Shown here: positions 13,166 through 25,730 of the stretch, one piece after another | How positions within the stretch are numbered: position 1 is the stretch's first letter | Layout of the letters: every line of letters starts with the position of its first letter | Assembly (NCBI GenBank): GCA_009914755.4 | Contig: CP068257.2 | Coordinates: forward strand, 41,728,001-41,792,000 | Direction of reading: 5' to 3' | Origin: the human T2T-CHM13v2.0 reference genome, Homo sapiens | DNA length: 64,000 nucleotides | Translations under genes and position numbers: made by a program | The notes under the pieces: generated by a model | The model's database searches: none | What the model saw: only the letters and a program-made list of their open reading frames with translations | Told to the model about the DNA's origin: nothing

Positions 13166-15825
13166 TATCTGTGCACACGGCTGCCCACCCACAGGCTGTC
13201 CTGGCCAGGTGCCTGGTTCTCCCAGGCCCTGCAGAACACTCTGTGCGGAGTGGGCCCAGGAGGTGGGATTCCTGCAGAGCCGGTCCCTCTGGCCCTCGGG
13301 GTCTGCGCATCTTGGACAGTGTCCTGTGGGCTGCTCTGAGCCCAGGCACTGCTTGCAGGGCAGATGGGACACCGGCTGGAGGATGCCCACAGCCCATGGG
13401 CTGGTTGCTGCTGTCTCCCGCCTGCCTGCCAGGGGCACAGCCGGGGGTTTAGGGTGCAGCCTCCGGCCCGCTGGCTCAAGTTTCCAGAAGAGTCTGCCAC
13501 AGACAGATCTCATGTAGCAAAGGGCAGAGGCCAGAGGTGGACTCCACACGGGCCTGCAATGGGTGACTGTGGGCAAGTCACCAAACCACGCAGGGCCTCC
13601 TGGTCACCGACCAGTCACCACCCCTGTCCCAGGGTAGGTGATGAGACAAAGCCCTTCCCTTGGCCCTGGCAGAGAAGTGAGGAGCAGCCGCTCTGCCTTA
13701 GTTTATAAAATGGGAAGAACAAGTCCCTGAGGGTCAACGTTTGGGGGACCCTGCAGAGACTGGGCACAAAGTGTCCTGCACATCTAGGATCAGGCAGGTG
13801 ATGCTCAGACAAGTTCCAAACACATGGGGAACCAAAATGTGGTTGCCCCAAAATGTGGTTTTGGGGACCCCAACACCTGGGGTGGGTGGGCACAGCGTGC
13901 TCCTGTGTTGCTGAGAGCCAGAGAGGAAGTCTCCAACCCCACAGGGCTTTCCTGATCCGGGCATCTCGGCCCGGGGCCTGGCTGCTGGGCGGGCCCCAGG
14001 AGTGCCCCCATGGAGGGCCTTCTGGGATGACATTGGCCTGTGGCCACTTCTGCAGCCCCAGCCCAGCCTTCAGGTCTCTCCTGCTTCAGAAGCCCTTGGC
14101 CATCCCCAGGCACCTCCCGGACATTGCCCAGAGCGGCGGCCCTAAGACGACAAGAGCTGTGATGCCCCGTTGGTGCCGCTAGGACTGCCCAGCCCTCCTG
14201 CTGCTCCGTGGACCTCCGGGGTCTGGGATGGGTGGGTGGGGCCCTTCCTGGTGACTGGCGTTTACTGGGCTTCTGTGGGGCCACCAAGCACCGACACAGG
14301 GTCAGAGTGAGGAGCGAAAGCCCTGACGCCTGCCCTCATGGGGAGTCGGTCTCCTCTGGACACGGCCTTGTTCCAGTGACCACAGAGGCTGGCGAGTGCC
14401 ACGTGGTCCCCACTGCATCACACACCTCCCACGCCCTGCCCGGCGTCAGGGACAGGAGGCTCAGGGAAGCGAAGGACACTGCCCAGGGGCACGGGGCTGG
14501 CCAGGGCTCGCCCAGGCCTGCCTGCCCCAAAGCCCAGCTCCTCTCTCCACCCGGCTCCTAGCTTTGTCCCAAAAAGCCGGAAGGACCAGACACTTGGTTT
14601 GGGGCAAAACTTAAGTGGGAGGGTGCTAAAAAAAAATCAAGATCAATAACATTTTAGTGTAATACTTTTAAAAATTAAAATTAATGCACAATTCATGATG
14701 AACGAAATGTCAAACTTCTAAACAAGTCAAGGCCCGCCTCTGTGTGGCACAGCCCTGGGGGCGAGTGCTCAGCCCACCCCAAACCCCTGGGCCGGGCTCC
14801 AGGGAAATGCTGCCAGCTTCCCACTTCCAGCAGAGCCAGCCCCTCAGCTGTGAGACGGTTTCCACAGCGACCAGCCCAGGTAGCGGGGAGGCTCTCCAGT
14901 TCAGGGGATGCTAGGAGACACTGGGAAGGGGGATCCCTGCTGGGAAGAGCCAGGAAGGGGCTCCACAATTCCTCTGGAGGAAGCACGACCTCCAAGGATG
15001 AGGAGAGGAAATCCCTCCAGCCCAGGAATTTCCCAAGCCAGAGCTCTCTGCCTCATGAGAATGGAGCCACCGTCCCCAGCGCCAAGGGAGGCTGCTCCCT
15101 CCCTTCCTCCTTCCCTCCCTTCCTCCCTCCCTCCCTCCCTTCCTCCTCCCTGTCCTTGCCCCCCGGGAGCCTAAGAGCTCGCTACCTGGGGTGAATGCCC
15201 AGTAGACCGTGCAGTTCTGATTTTCTCACACACTGCACTTTTGGATGATTACTTATGGATGCTAGCCATTACGAAGGAAGCAAAAAGCCGTGTGCAGTGC
15301 AGGACTGAGTTTGCTTGATTAAAAGGCCTCGCCAGTTGCTGACGCCCTGGGGTTGCGTCTGAGGGGCGGTGAACGTGGCCTCCAGATTTCTCTTGCTGCG
15401 AGGCTTGGGCACATCCCGATGGCAGTTGGCTGTGGGGTGAACGGGGAGTGCCAGGCAGGAGGCAGGGGCCTGGCAGGAAATAGATGTTACATGCAAATTG
15501 AATCACTTAAGGAGCATTTAATAAAGGAATTACAAGAACAGGACAGACTTGGGAAACCAGGAGGGATGGGTGCTCAAGGGGCAGCCCGGGCAGGAGAACC
15601 GCGTCTTCCCAAGGCCTGGAGAGGGAGGGCAGGAGCCAGTGCCGACCCAAGCCTTGTAGCTGTCGGTAAGAAGGCCTGGACAGGAGCCGCTCCCCACCCC
15701 TGACACACACAAAGGACACAGTGAGTCCCAAGCCCTTGGAGGGCAGTGGAAACGCCCCCTTAACAGGCAACGTTCTTCCGAGAAACAGAACCAGGGGGAT
15801 TTGTCCCGGCTTTCCTGACATGAAA

Positions 15826-16412
15826 AAAACAATAGGCGGTTCATATACACGTATATATATTTAGACAATAGGCGGTTTACATACACATATATATGTTTAG
15901 AGAACAGACGGTTTACATACACGGATATACGTTTAGACAACAGGCAGTTTACATACACGGATATATGTTTAGAGAACAGGCGGTTTACATACACGGATAT
16001 ACGTTTAGAGAACAGGCGGTTTACATACACGGATATACGTTTAGAGAACAGGCGGTTTACATACACGGATATACGTTTAGACAACAGGCGGTTTACATAC
16101 ACGGATATACGTTTAGAGAACAGGCGGTTTACATACACGGATATATGTTTAGACAACAACAGGCGGTTTACATACACGGATATATGTTTAGACAACAGGC
16201 GGTTTACATACACGGATATATGTTTAGACAACAGGCGGTTTACATACACGGATATATGTTTAGACAACAGGCGGTTTACATACACGGATATATGTTTAGA
16301 CAACAGGCGGTTTACATACACGGATATATGTTTAGACAACAGGCGGTTTACATACACGGATATATGTTTAGACAACAGGCGGTTTACCTAGACGGATATA
16401 TGTTTAGAGATT
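15826..16412. repeat. Minisatellite, 36-bp unit (caggcggtttacatacacggatatatgtttagacaa), ~16 copies
   Basis: Near-perfect period-36 array; both-strand ORFs are repeat artefacts (12-aa periodic peptide). Confidence 0.9.
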
Positions 16413-16914
16413 TATTTTAAGGCATTGGATCCCGCAATCATGGGGGTTCAAAACCTGCAGGGCAGGCGGCAGGCAGGAGACACGCAGTAGGGCACGTCAC
16501 CGTCTTGAGGCAGGTGTTCTCAGTGAAACCTCGGTTTTCACTCTTAAGGGCTTCCTTTGAAGGGATGAGTCCCTCCCAGAAAAATCGAGGCTAATCTCCT
16601 TCAGATCATCTGATTGTGGATATTGAGCTCCTCTGCAGGACACCTTCCCAGCTACACCTGGGCTCATGTTTGAGCACTTAGGTACTGTGGCCTGGCCAGG
16701 ATTACAGGTAATGCAAACCTCATCCTCCCCATTTTGCCTCTCCCATCCTGGGCTTCTCTGCCAGGGCTTCCTAAGGGCTGAGCCAGAGGCGGAGAGGGCC
16801 TTGGGGGCATGCAGAGAGCTCAGCAGAGCAAGAAGAGGTCAGCCAGGCTGGGGGTCCCGGCGACTCAGGCAGGAGCCTGACGTTTAATTCCAGGTCTGCA
16901 GGAAACCATCTTGA

Positions 16915-17070
16915 GCTCCAGGTGGGAGAGGGTTCCCTGTGATCAGATTCTGAGCCTCGGGCGGGAGAGCGTTCCCTGTGATCAGATTCTGAGCCCCAGG
17001 CGGGAAAGGGTTCCCTGTGATCAGATTCTGAGCCCCGGGCGGGAGAGGGTTCCCTGTGATCAGATTCCAC
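16915..17070. repeat. 40-bp tandem repeat, 4 copies (gttccctgtgatcagattctgagccccgggcgggagaggg)
   Basis: Read directly. Confidence 0.8.
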
Positions 17071-18043
17071 AAAAGAAGAGCTTCTTCCTTCCCCTCCCAT
17101 TCCCAGTCACCCATGAGACCCGTGGCTACCTGGTGGTGGCATGTGGGGCAAACGCCTGTGTTGACCACCTGGGAGGTTTGGTTTCCTCCACTAGAAAACT
17201 GGAGAGCTGAAAACATGTCCTTGTAGAACATGTGAAATGACCTCCTGGGGTGCCTGACGCTGCCCGTGCGGGCTCTGGCGATGCCTCAGTGGCTTCCTAA
17301 GACACCCTCCTTCACCCCGTACAGTCTCCGGTGCAGAGATGGACGAGCTGGGGGACTCAGGCAATTTCCCCCACAAAGTGTTGCAATGGATTGAGAACGC
17401 CTCCCGGAGTGTCTGAGGCCACCTGCATTTTCAGAAGAAAGTTCCACTTTCTTCAGAACAGATAACGTGGTGCTTTGACTGCCATTGTTATCTGCTGCAC
17501 CGAGTCAGGAGAGGCTGGGCCGTGACGTGACGCAGTAACAAGCAAACCTCCAAAATCTCACAGCTTAATCGCGCTACAGCGTATTTCTCTCTAGGGCAAG
17601 CAGCACACGGATTGTCAGGGCCCTCCTCCAGGGTCACTGGGGGGCCGGGTTCCCCATCTCCTAGTGCCGCCCTCACAGACATGCCTCCAGGGTCCCACGG
17701 CAGAGAGGGGCCTGTGGAGGAGGCATGCAACCTCTGAGTGTGTTGGCAAGCCGACTCATGGTCCTTCTGCTCAGAGCCCATTGGCCATGGCTGGTCACAT
17801 GGTCCCAACCTCACCTCGAGGGACGCTGGGCCTGAAGGAAAACACACAGAATATTTAGAGAATTCTCCTGCCCTTCCTCTATGGAAATGTGGGACAGCTG
17901 GGCATGTCTAAAATTAATTGGTTTTTAAGAATGTTCAGTAAGATCCCATCCTGGGAAGAAAACCCTATTTAAAAATATATCATATAGAATATATAAAACA
18001 TATACACATACAGATATAGACTGTGTGTGTTTTCTATTTCCAT

Positions 18044-18470
18044 GTAGCAAATTACCCCAAAACTGAGCAGTGTAAAACAACAAACCTTCATTATCTTACA
18101 GTTTCAGAGGCTCCAGGATTTGGAAGAAGCCCAGTGGGGTGGCTGTGGCTCAGGATCTGGCACGAGGTTGCCGCCAGGACGGCAACACCTGCACGTGCGA
18201 CTGGGCTGGGGGATCCGTTTCCAAGGAAGCTTGCTCACATGGCTGCTGGGGAGAGGCCTCCAGTCCTCACAAGGCCATTGGTGGAGGCTGCAGCTCCTCA
18301 CAGGCTATTGGCGGGAGGCCTCAGTCCCTGGCCTCATAGGCTTCTCCACAAGGCTGCTTGAGCATTCTCCTAACATGGCGACTGTCTTCCCCCAGAGTGA
18401 CCCCAGGGAGAGCAAGGTGGGATCCACAAAGCCATTTGTGAACTAGGCTTGGACATCACTCACTGTCACA
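18044..18470 (+). repeat. Dispersed repeat copy (family A: ...aattaccccaaaactgagcagtgtaaaacaacaaaccttcattatcttacagtttcagaggc...), probable LTR/MER-class element, name not assigned
   Basis: Shares the diagnostic 5' motif with copies at 28830-29260 and 62290-62700. Confidence 0.4.
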
Positions 18471-18504
18471 CAGGCCAACTCTGATACAATGATACCAGGA
18501 CGCT

Positions 18505-18964
18505 GTGATGGCCAATTTCATGTGTCACCTTGACTGGGAAGAGGTGGCGAGATATTTGGCCGCATGTTCTCTAGGGTATCTGTGAGCTGTCTCTGGGTGA
18601 GATCAGCATTTGAGTTGAAGGACTGAGGAAAGTCCATGGCTGTCCCCTGCGTGGGCGGGCATCCTCCAATCCCTTGAAGGCCTGAGCAGAACAAAAGGCT
18701 GAGGGAGGGAGAGCCCACTTTCTCTGCCTGAAGGTCTTCAAGCTGATGGGATCTTGTCCAGCCTTCAGATTTGAACTCGGCTGCATCATCAGCTCTCCTG
18801 GGTCTCAGGCCTTCAGACTCAGATGGTGACATAGGCCCTCCTCCGTCTCCAGGTGGCAGGTCTCAGGACATCTCAGCTTCTGTAATCACATGAGCCAGTT
18901 CCCTGGAATAAATAAACCCGTCTCCTACTGCTTCTGTTTCTCCGGAGAACCCTGATGAATACAG
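18505..18964 (+). mobile_element. MaLR-type solitary LTR (THE1/MST-like)
   Basis: Begins tgtgatggccaatttcatgtgtcaccttgactggg, contains ...ctccaatcccttgaaggcctgagcagaacaaaaggctga..., ends ...gaaccctgatgaatacag, matching the MaLR LTR consensus from memory. Confidence 0.6.
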
Positions 18965-19459
18965 CTATGGAGGCTGGCGGGGAAGACCCCAGAGACATCC
19001 TGGAGGCTCCCACAGAGAGAGGGGGGTGGTGCAGGGTTTTATTTCCAGTAGGAATTTTACTAGAGCAGCGGAATTGATGACTAAGGTCCACAGATGAAAA
19101 TGACAGAGGTTCCAAGCAACCCCCAACACCACCCAGCACAATCTCCACATTCTAAGAAACTCATTAGACCCAGACACACAGCCTGCAGGGCTGAGCAGGA
19201 CTGACCCGCCAGTCACCCAGCCGCAGCCCCAGCCTCTGTGTGGGGATAGGGAGGTCGGAGTCATCAGAGCTGGTGGCTCATCAGGGTACCAGCCCAGAGG
19301 GTGGAGGGGAGCGAGCAGGAGAGCACGCACACCTCTGTCCCCACCCCAAGTCTGGAGAGACAGCAGCCTCACCCCGGGGCAGGGGAGCATGAGCAGGACA
19401 GAAGATTCGAGCTTTCAGCTGGGCTGGGCTGCATTTCCACAGTTAAAAGTGAGCAGACG

Positions 19460-19749
<290 letters not shown>

Positions 19750-19892
19750 AAAGTGAGCAGACTCAGGGGAGTCTGTCCCAGGGGCTGTAAGGGACAAGGA
19801 GGGGAGTATGACGGGGCTGGCTGAAAGCTGCGATTGGCCAAAAGAAAGTAGTCTGTACTCATCCCAGGGCTGAGGCTGGGCCAGCAATAGTA

Positions 19893-20706
19893 TGTAGACA
19901 GCACGGCCCAGGCAGGTGACGGTGTGTAGACAGCACGGCCCAGGCAGGTGACGGTGTGTAGACAGCACGGCCCAGGCAGGTGACGGTGTGTAGACAGCAC
20001 GGCCCAGGCAGGTGATGGTGTGTAGACAGCACGGCCCAGGCCGGTGTCGGTGTGTAGACAGCACGGCCCAGGCAGGTGACGGTGTGTAGACAGCACGGCC
20101 CAGGCCGGTGTAGACAGCACGGCCCAGGCCGGTGTCAGTGTGTAGACAGCACAGCCCAGGCAGGTGACGGTGTGTAGACAGCACGGCCCAGGCAGGTGAC
20201 GGTGTGTAGACAGCACGGCCCAGGCAGGTGACGGTGTGTAGACAGCACGGCCCAGGCAGGTGACGGTGTCTAGACAGCACGGCCCAGGCAGGTGACGGTG
20301 TGTAGACAGCACGGCCCAGGCAGGTGACGGTGTGTAGACAGCACGGCCCAGGCAGGTGACGGTGTGTAGACAGCACGGCCCAGGCAGGTGACGGTGTGTA
20401 GACAGCACGGCCCAGGCAGGTGACGGTGTGTAGACAGCACGGCCCAGGCAGGTGACGGTGTGTAGACAGCACGGCCCAGGCCGGTGTAGACAGCACGGCC
20501 CAGGCCGGTGTCAGTGTGTAGACAGCACAGCCCAGGCAGGTGACGGTGTGTAGACAGCACGGCCCAGGCAGGTGACGGTGTGTAGACAGCACGGCCCAGG
20601 CCGGTGTCGGTGTGTAGACAGCACGGCCCAGGCAGGTGACGGTGTGTAGACAGCACAGCCCAGGCCGGTGTAGACAGCACAGCCCAGGCCGGTGTAGACA
20701 GCACGG
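19893..20706. repeat. Minisatellite, 32-bp unit (gtgacggtgtgtagacagcacggcccaggcag) with 22-bp variants, ~26 copies
   Basis: Period 32 (19921, 19953, 19985...); 96 nt = 32 codons explains the 227-303 aa minus-strand artefact ORFs. Confidence 0.9.
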
Positions 20707-20821
20707 ATGCAGCCGGGCTCCAGCTGCTCGGCCATGTCCGTGGCCTGCAGAATTCTAAGAAAAACAATGACAGGTAGTGTGTGTGTTCATCCATTCTCGC
20801 ATTATATAAAGAAATACACAA

Positions 20822-21700
<879 letters not shown>

Positions 21701-24700
21701 TTGTCTGATTTAAGGAGCTAATTTATAGCCCAGTAAATAAAAAGAGAAGATGAAGAAAGGAGTTAGGAAGGGAAACGTTCAGACAGAGTGAGCTAGAAAC
21801 CCGTCCGACTACTGCAAACTGGGGTTGGTGCTGTTTCCCCACAATTAAGAGTAGGTGGGGCCTAGGGTGTCTTTGCAATCCTGTCGCTGCAGCTCCTCGT
21901 GGGGTGGGGGCAGGCTCAGTAGCCCCTGCTGAGCAGAGGGCCTCTCCAGGCCCTCAGGGACAGAGGGCCTTGGGAGGATGCACCCCCAGCCAGTGCAGGG
22001 AGGCTGAGGAAGCTCCCACTCAATGGCAACCACATTCATTTGGCCTCACAGTCCACCCCGGGACTTGGGCGGTCCTGTTAGCAATGACAGGCAGCAGAAA
22101 GCGTTTCCATGTAAATTCCTACAAAGCTCTGGCTCTCTTGCTCCGGCTTCTATGATTGGAGCCTGGAACACGGATTCGAAGGACCTTCAGTCAGAAAGGG
22201 GACCTGCCACCTTCACGGCAGCACCCAGAGAGCAGCTTCCACGGGGCTGGATCCAGGACCCTAAACCATGGCCCCGAGGCTCTGCCCCTCTGCCCAGGCT
22301 GACGCCACGTGTCCTGCCCAGAATAACCAAGGCAACCAGTGACCGTGTCCGGTTCAGATCTGCTCTCCCACTGTTCCCAAATGAGCTTCGCAGGCCAGAG
22401 GTTTTGACTTGGAACTGAGCGAGATGAAAACTGTGAGAAGGGCCCCAGGGCAAGGAAGCCCTTCCCTCCCCCGCGGTCAATTCTGCTGCAAAATTTATTC
22501 CTGTCCCTCCAGGCCACCAGCGGAGGGAGAGCCAAGGCCCAGGAGGCTGCATGAAGAAACCCCGGCCACCACACCGTGTCCCCAGGGCCCACATGCTCCA
22601 CTCTCTTTGGTCAAAGAGTCCCTGGTGCAGCGGGGTGACTGGTCCATAAAGATTGTGTCCACTTATGCGCCAGGCACGGGCAAGGGGCTGGGGATACCGA
22701 GAGCCTGGAAATGCACAACCCTCCATCACAGTGCTCGCCCATTTGGCTGGGGAGGTGCACACACTGCCCAGCCTCCGTCCTCCCCTTTGCAAGGCAGCAG
22801 ATAAGTCTCCCTTTTCTATAGGCTGACCCTATCCTGTTATAAGGAGGCGCGTGCTCCCTCGCCAGCCGCAGTGATCAGTCCTGGGAGCTCACACAGCCCA
22901 AGCTACACCATTGGAAGTCCCTGGGAGACTTGTCCACAGAGTGAAGGGAAAAACGGCCTCTTCTCATCAGGGCTGCTAACCTGGGATTGCCAGAGGCCAT
23001 CCCCCACTGCATGGAGAGAGAGCTGACACCCTGAATGAAGTCAAGTAAAGACAAGCAGGGCTGAGATGCCGGGAGAGAGACAGAGCTTTGAGTGCATTAT
23101 TGAGGTCCTGGATCCAGCCATGCCTGCAGCTGCGCCTGGGTGAGATAGTTATAATAAGCCAACAGGCTCCCTTTTGGCTTACGTTCATCTGAGTTGGGAT
23201 TCTGCACCAAGAGAGCTCTCCCTACCGCAGATAGGACAGCACTCCTGCAGTAATGCCGGATTAATACAATAGGTGCGCAGACAGGGGTGTGCAGAGGTGC
23301 TGTGGAAATAAGGCGGTAGGCAGGACTCAGGTCTTAAAGGATGACAGCAGCTCTCCAGGCAAAGGCCCTCAGAGGGTTCCAGGCAAGAAAACTGCATGAG
23401 CCTCAGGGAGAGGCAAGGGAGCAGGTCGGGGCACATACAGTTCACAGTGGCCATGAGGGCCGCATGCAGGCCACAGGCAGTGGAGGGGGCGGGTGCAGGA
23501 AGGCAGAGGGTGATGGTGGGAGCAGCACCTCCACTTTCCATCTTGGAGCAGAGAGGTGGTTAAACACCCACGACACACACTCACAGCAACCAGACATAAT
23601 TCACAAATAGCCCCTCCTGTGTTCTCTCCCAGCAGTGTGAGGGGGACGCAGAACCAGTGTCTCCTCTTAAAATCCCCGAACCCTCCCGCTGGCTGGCCCT
23701 GAGCAGCAAAGAGGACACCTGCGCGGCCTTCCTCTCCCGGCCCCTAACTGAGCCACGGCTACATCCCGCTCCTCCCACCAAAGCTCTTCGGCCAGTCAGC
23801 CCTCAGGCTCCAGCGCGGCTCGGAGGGGCCTGCCCCTGGTATAGCGCCCATGGTCACTGTCGGACACTCTTAAAACAACGGCCGTGTTTCTGTTCTGCGC
23901 TGGGCCCTGAAGCTCATGTCATCAGCCCTGCCGGCTGTGGGGCTCCCGGATTCTCTGACCTTGACCCATGCTGCAGCCACTCCGCCTGTTTCCTGGGGCT
24001 GGTTTACACCCCGAGATGCAGGGAAGGCCCAGCTGCGGAGCCCCAGGGAGGCCAGGAGCTGTTCACAACTCCAGGAAGCCACACTGGGCCTCAGTTGACG
24101 AAGAAGGCGACACCTTCGTGTGGGCCTTGCCTGCTAATCGGTGTCCTCAACCCAAGGGCACAGGCGCCGCTCCCAGGCCGCGCAGGCAGAGTAGAGCTGG
24201 GGTGGATGGCAGGCTTCAGGGACCCAGCCCCGATGAGTCACTTGGAAGGCATTTGCCCCAGAGCTTCCCTGGCCACTGCGCCTCCTCCCGCCCCAATCCA
24301 GCCCCATCTGGGTCCGAGCCTCTGGAGAGGAGCTGGCAGGTCAGGATGCGGTTCCCGTGCTCTTGCCTGTGTGTGGGGACCCGAAAGCCAGGCTGGTGGC
24401 CGAGGATGGCGAGCACAGCCCCAGCCCCTCGGCCTAGCGGGAGCTTCACGGGACGGTGCTCCCCCCACACCGTGGTGTTGCTTCTGTGGCCCCCTTCAGG
24501 GCCCACAGAGGGAAGGGGCCTGGCTCTCCCACGGGGCCTCTGTAATATTTAACCATAAACCAAGGCTGCGGGGAACCCCCAGTTTGCAGTAAACTTCCAT
24601 TTCTCTCCACTGGATGCGCAGGACTCCACTCAGCCAGGTAGGAGAATCTGCACTCACCTGGTTTCCGGAGCAAGGAGGCTGATGGCATCAGGGACTACCT

Positions 24701-25189
24701 CCCCTCAGCTTCCTCGGGCCACGCAGGAGTCCCCGGCCCGCCTCCTCCAAGACAGTGTGCGCATTTTGCCCGAGACAACACGGGCCTCAGACCGGGTACC
24801 GTGCCCAAGCACACACGGGCACACGCCCCTCCCACCTCCGGGCCATGTCCTGCCAGAGTCCACCCTCCTGGGCACAGGGCAAGCTCAGCTCTCAGCTCTC
24901 CCTGCCTGGCTGGCAGCAGCTGCAGCAGGTCACACCAGCAGCTTGGGCTCCCAAGAGCCTCGGGACCCCAGAACCACAGGTGGCCTGGCCTCTGGGGATG
25001 GTCGGGGGCTGAGCGTGAGACCCCAGCTGGGTGGCAGAGGCTCCAGTACTGAGGATTCCAGGCTGTGGTAGCACTCCACTGCAGGCCGACCTGCAGGCCA
25101 GGAGGAAGGGGCCCGCCGCCCAGGGTGTCTGTTCTAAGGAGCGCAGGGACAGGGCCTCCCCTGCAGGCGAGGCCACAGAGTGGGCCACC

Positions 25190-25730
25190 TCCTCCTCCCT
25201 GACCCCTCCTCCCAAGGGGCTTATCCTCCTCTGCAGGGCTGGTGTTACTCCCCCAAAGCCATCACCCCCCTGTGTCACCTCCTCCCGTGGCCACTTGGAG
25301 AAGTGGTCATTGTGGTCACTCCCCACTGTGGTCACCTCCCCCCAGGTGACCTCCCCACCAGGTCAATTCCCCACCAGGTCACCACCCTACTATGGCCTCC
25401 TCCCCCAGAAGTCACTTCCTCCTGTGGCCAGCTCCCCACTGTGGTCATCTGCCCCCACATAACCTGACACTGTCAGGTCATCTCCCCGCTGTGATCACCT
25501 CCCCCAGAAGCCACCCCTTCCCGTGGTCACCTCCCACCAGGGTGTCTCCCCCCAGGTCACCTCCCCACCAGGTCACCTCCTCCTGTGGCCAGGTCCCTGT
25601 TGTGGTCATCTGCCCCAGGTATCTCCTCATCAGGTCATCCTCCCCTGTGGTCACCTCCCCCAGAGGCCACCTCTCCCTGTGGTCACCTCCCTCCCAGGTC
25701 ACCTTTCCCCCAGGTCACCTCTACCCCACA
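25190..25730. repeat. Degenerate C-rich minisatellite (~15-bp motif ggtcacctcccccca / ccaggtcacctcc)
   Basis: Motif recurs >25 times with variable spacing; generates P/S/H-rich artefact ORFs. Confidence 0.55.

Noticed and set aside
12157-13576. Very long ORFs on both strands (447 aa, 374 aa, 335 aa, 298 aa, 283 aa)
   Set aside because: They lie entirely within the GT-rich composite minisatellite. They have periodic, extremely biased composition (Cys/Val-rich on one strand, His/Thr-rich on the other), overlap each other in multiple frames and show no splice or start context. They are repeat translation artefacts.
15530-16420. 281-aa (-) and 175-aa (+) ORFs; also considered as a CRISPR-like array
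   Set aside because: Produced by the 36-bp minisatellite (12-aa periodic peptide). The array has no unique spacers between repeats and this is human DNA, so it is a minisatellite, not a CRISPR array or a gene.
23657-24592. 311-aa plus-strand ORF (MSPLKIPEPSRWLALSSKEDTCAAFLSRPL...)
   Set aside because: GC-rich sequence gives long open frames by chance. The composition is Pro/Ala/Gly/Arg-biased, overlapping ORFs exist in other frames, and no recognisable domain or exon-intron structure is present.
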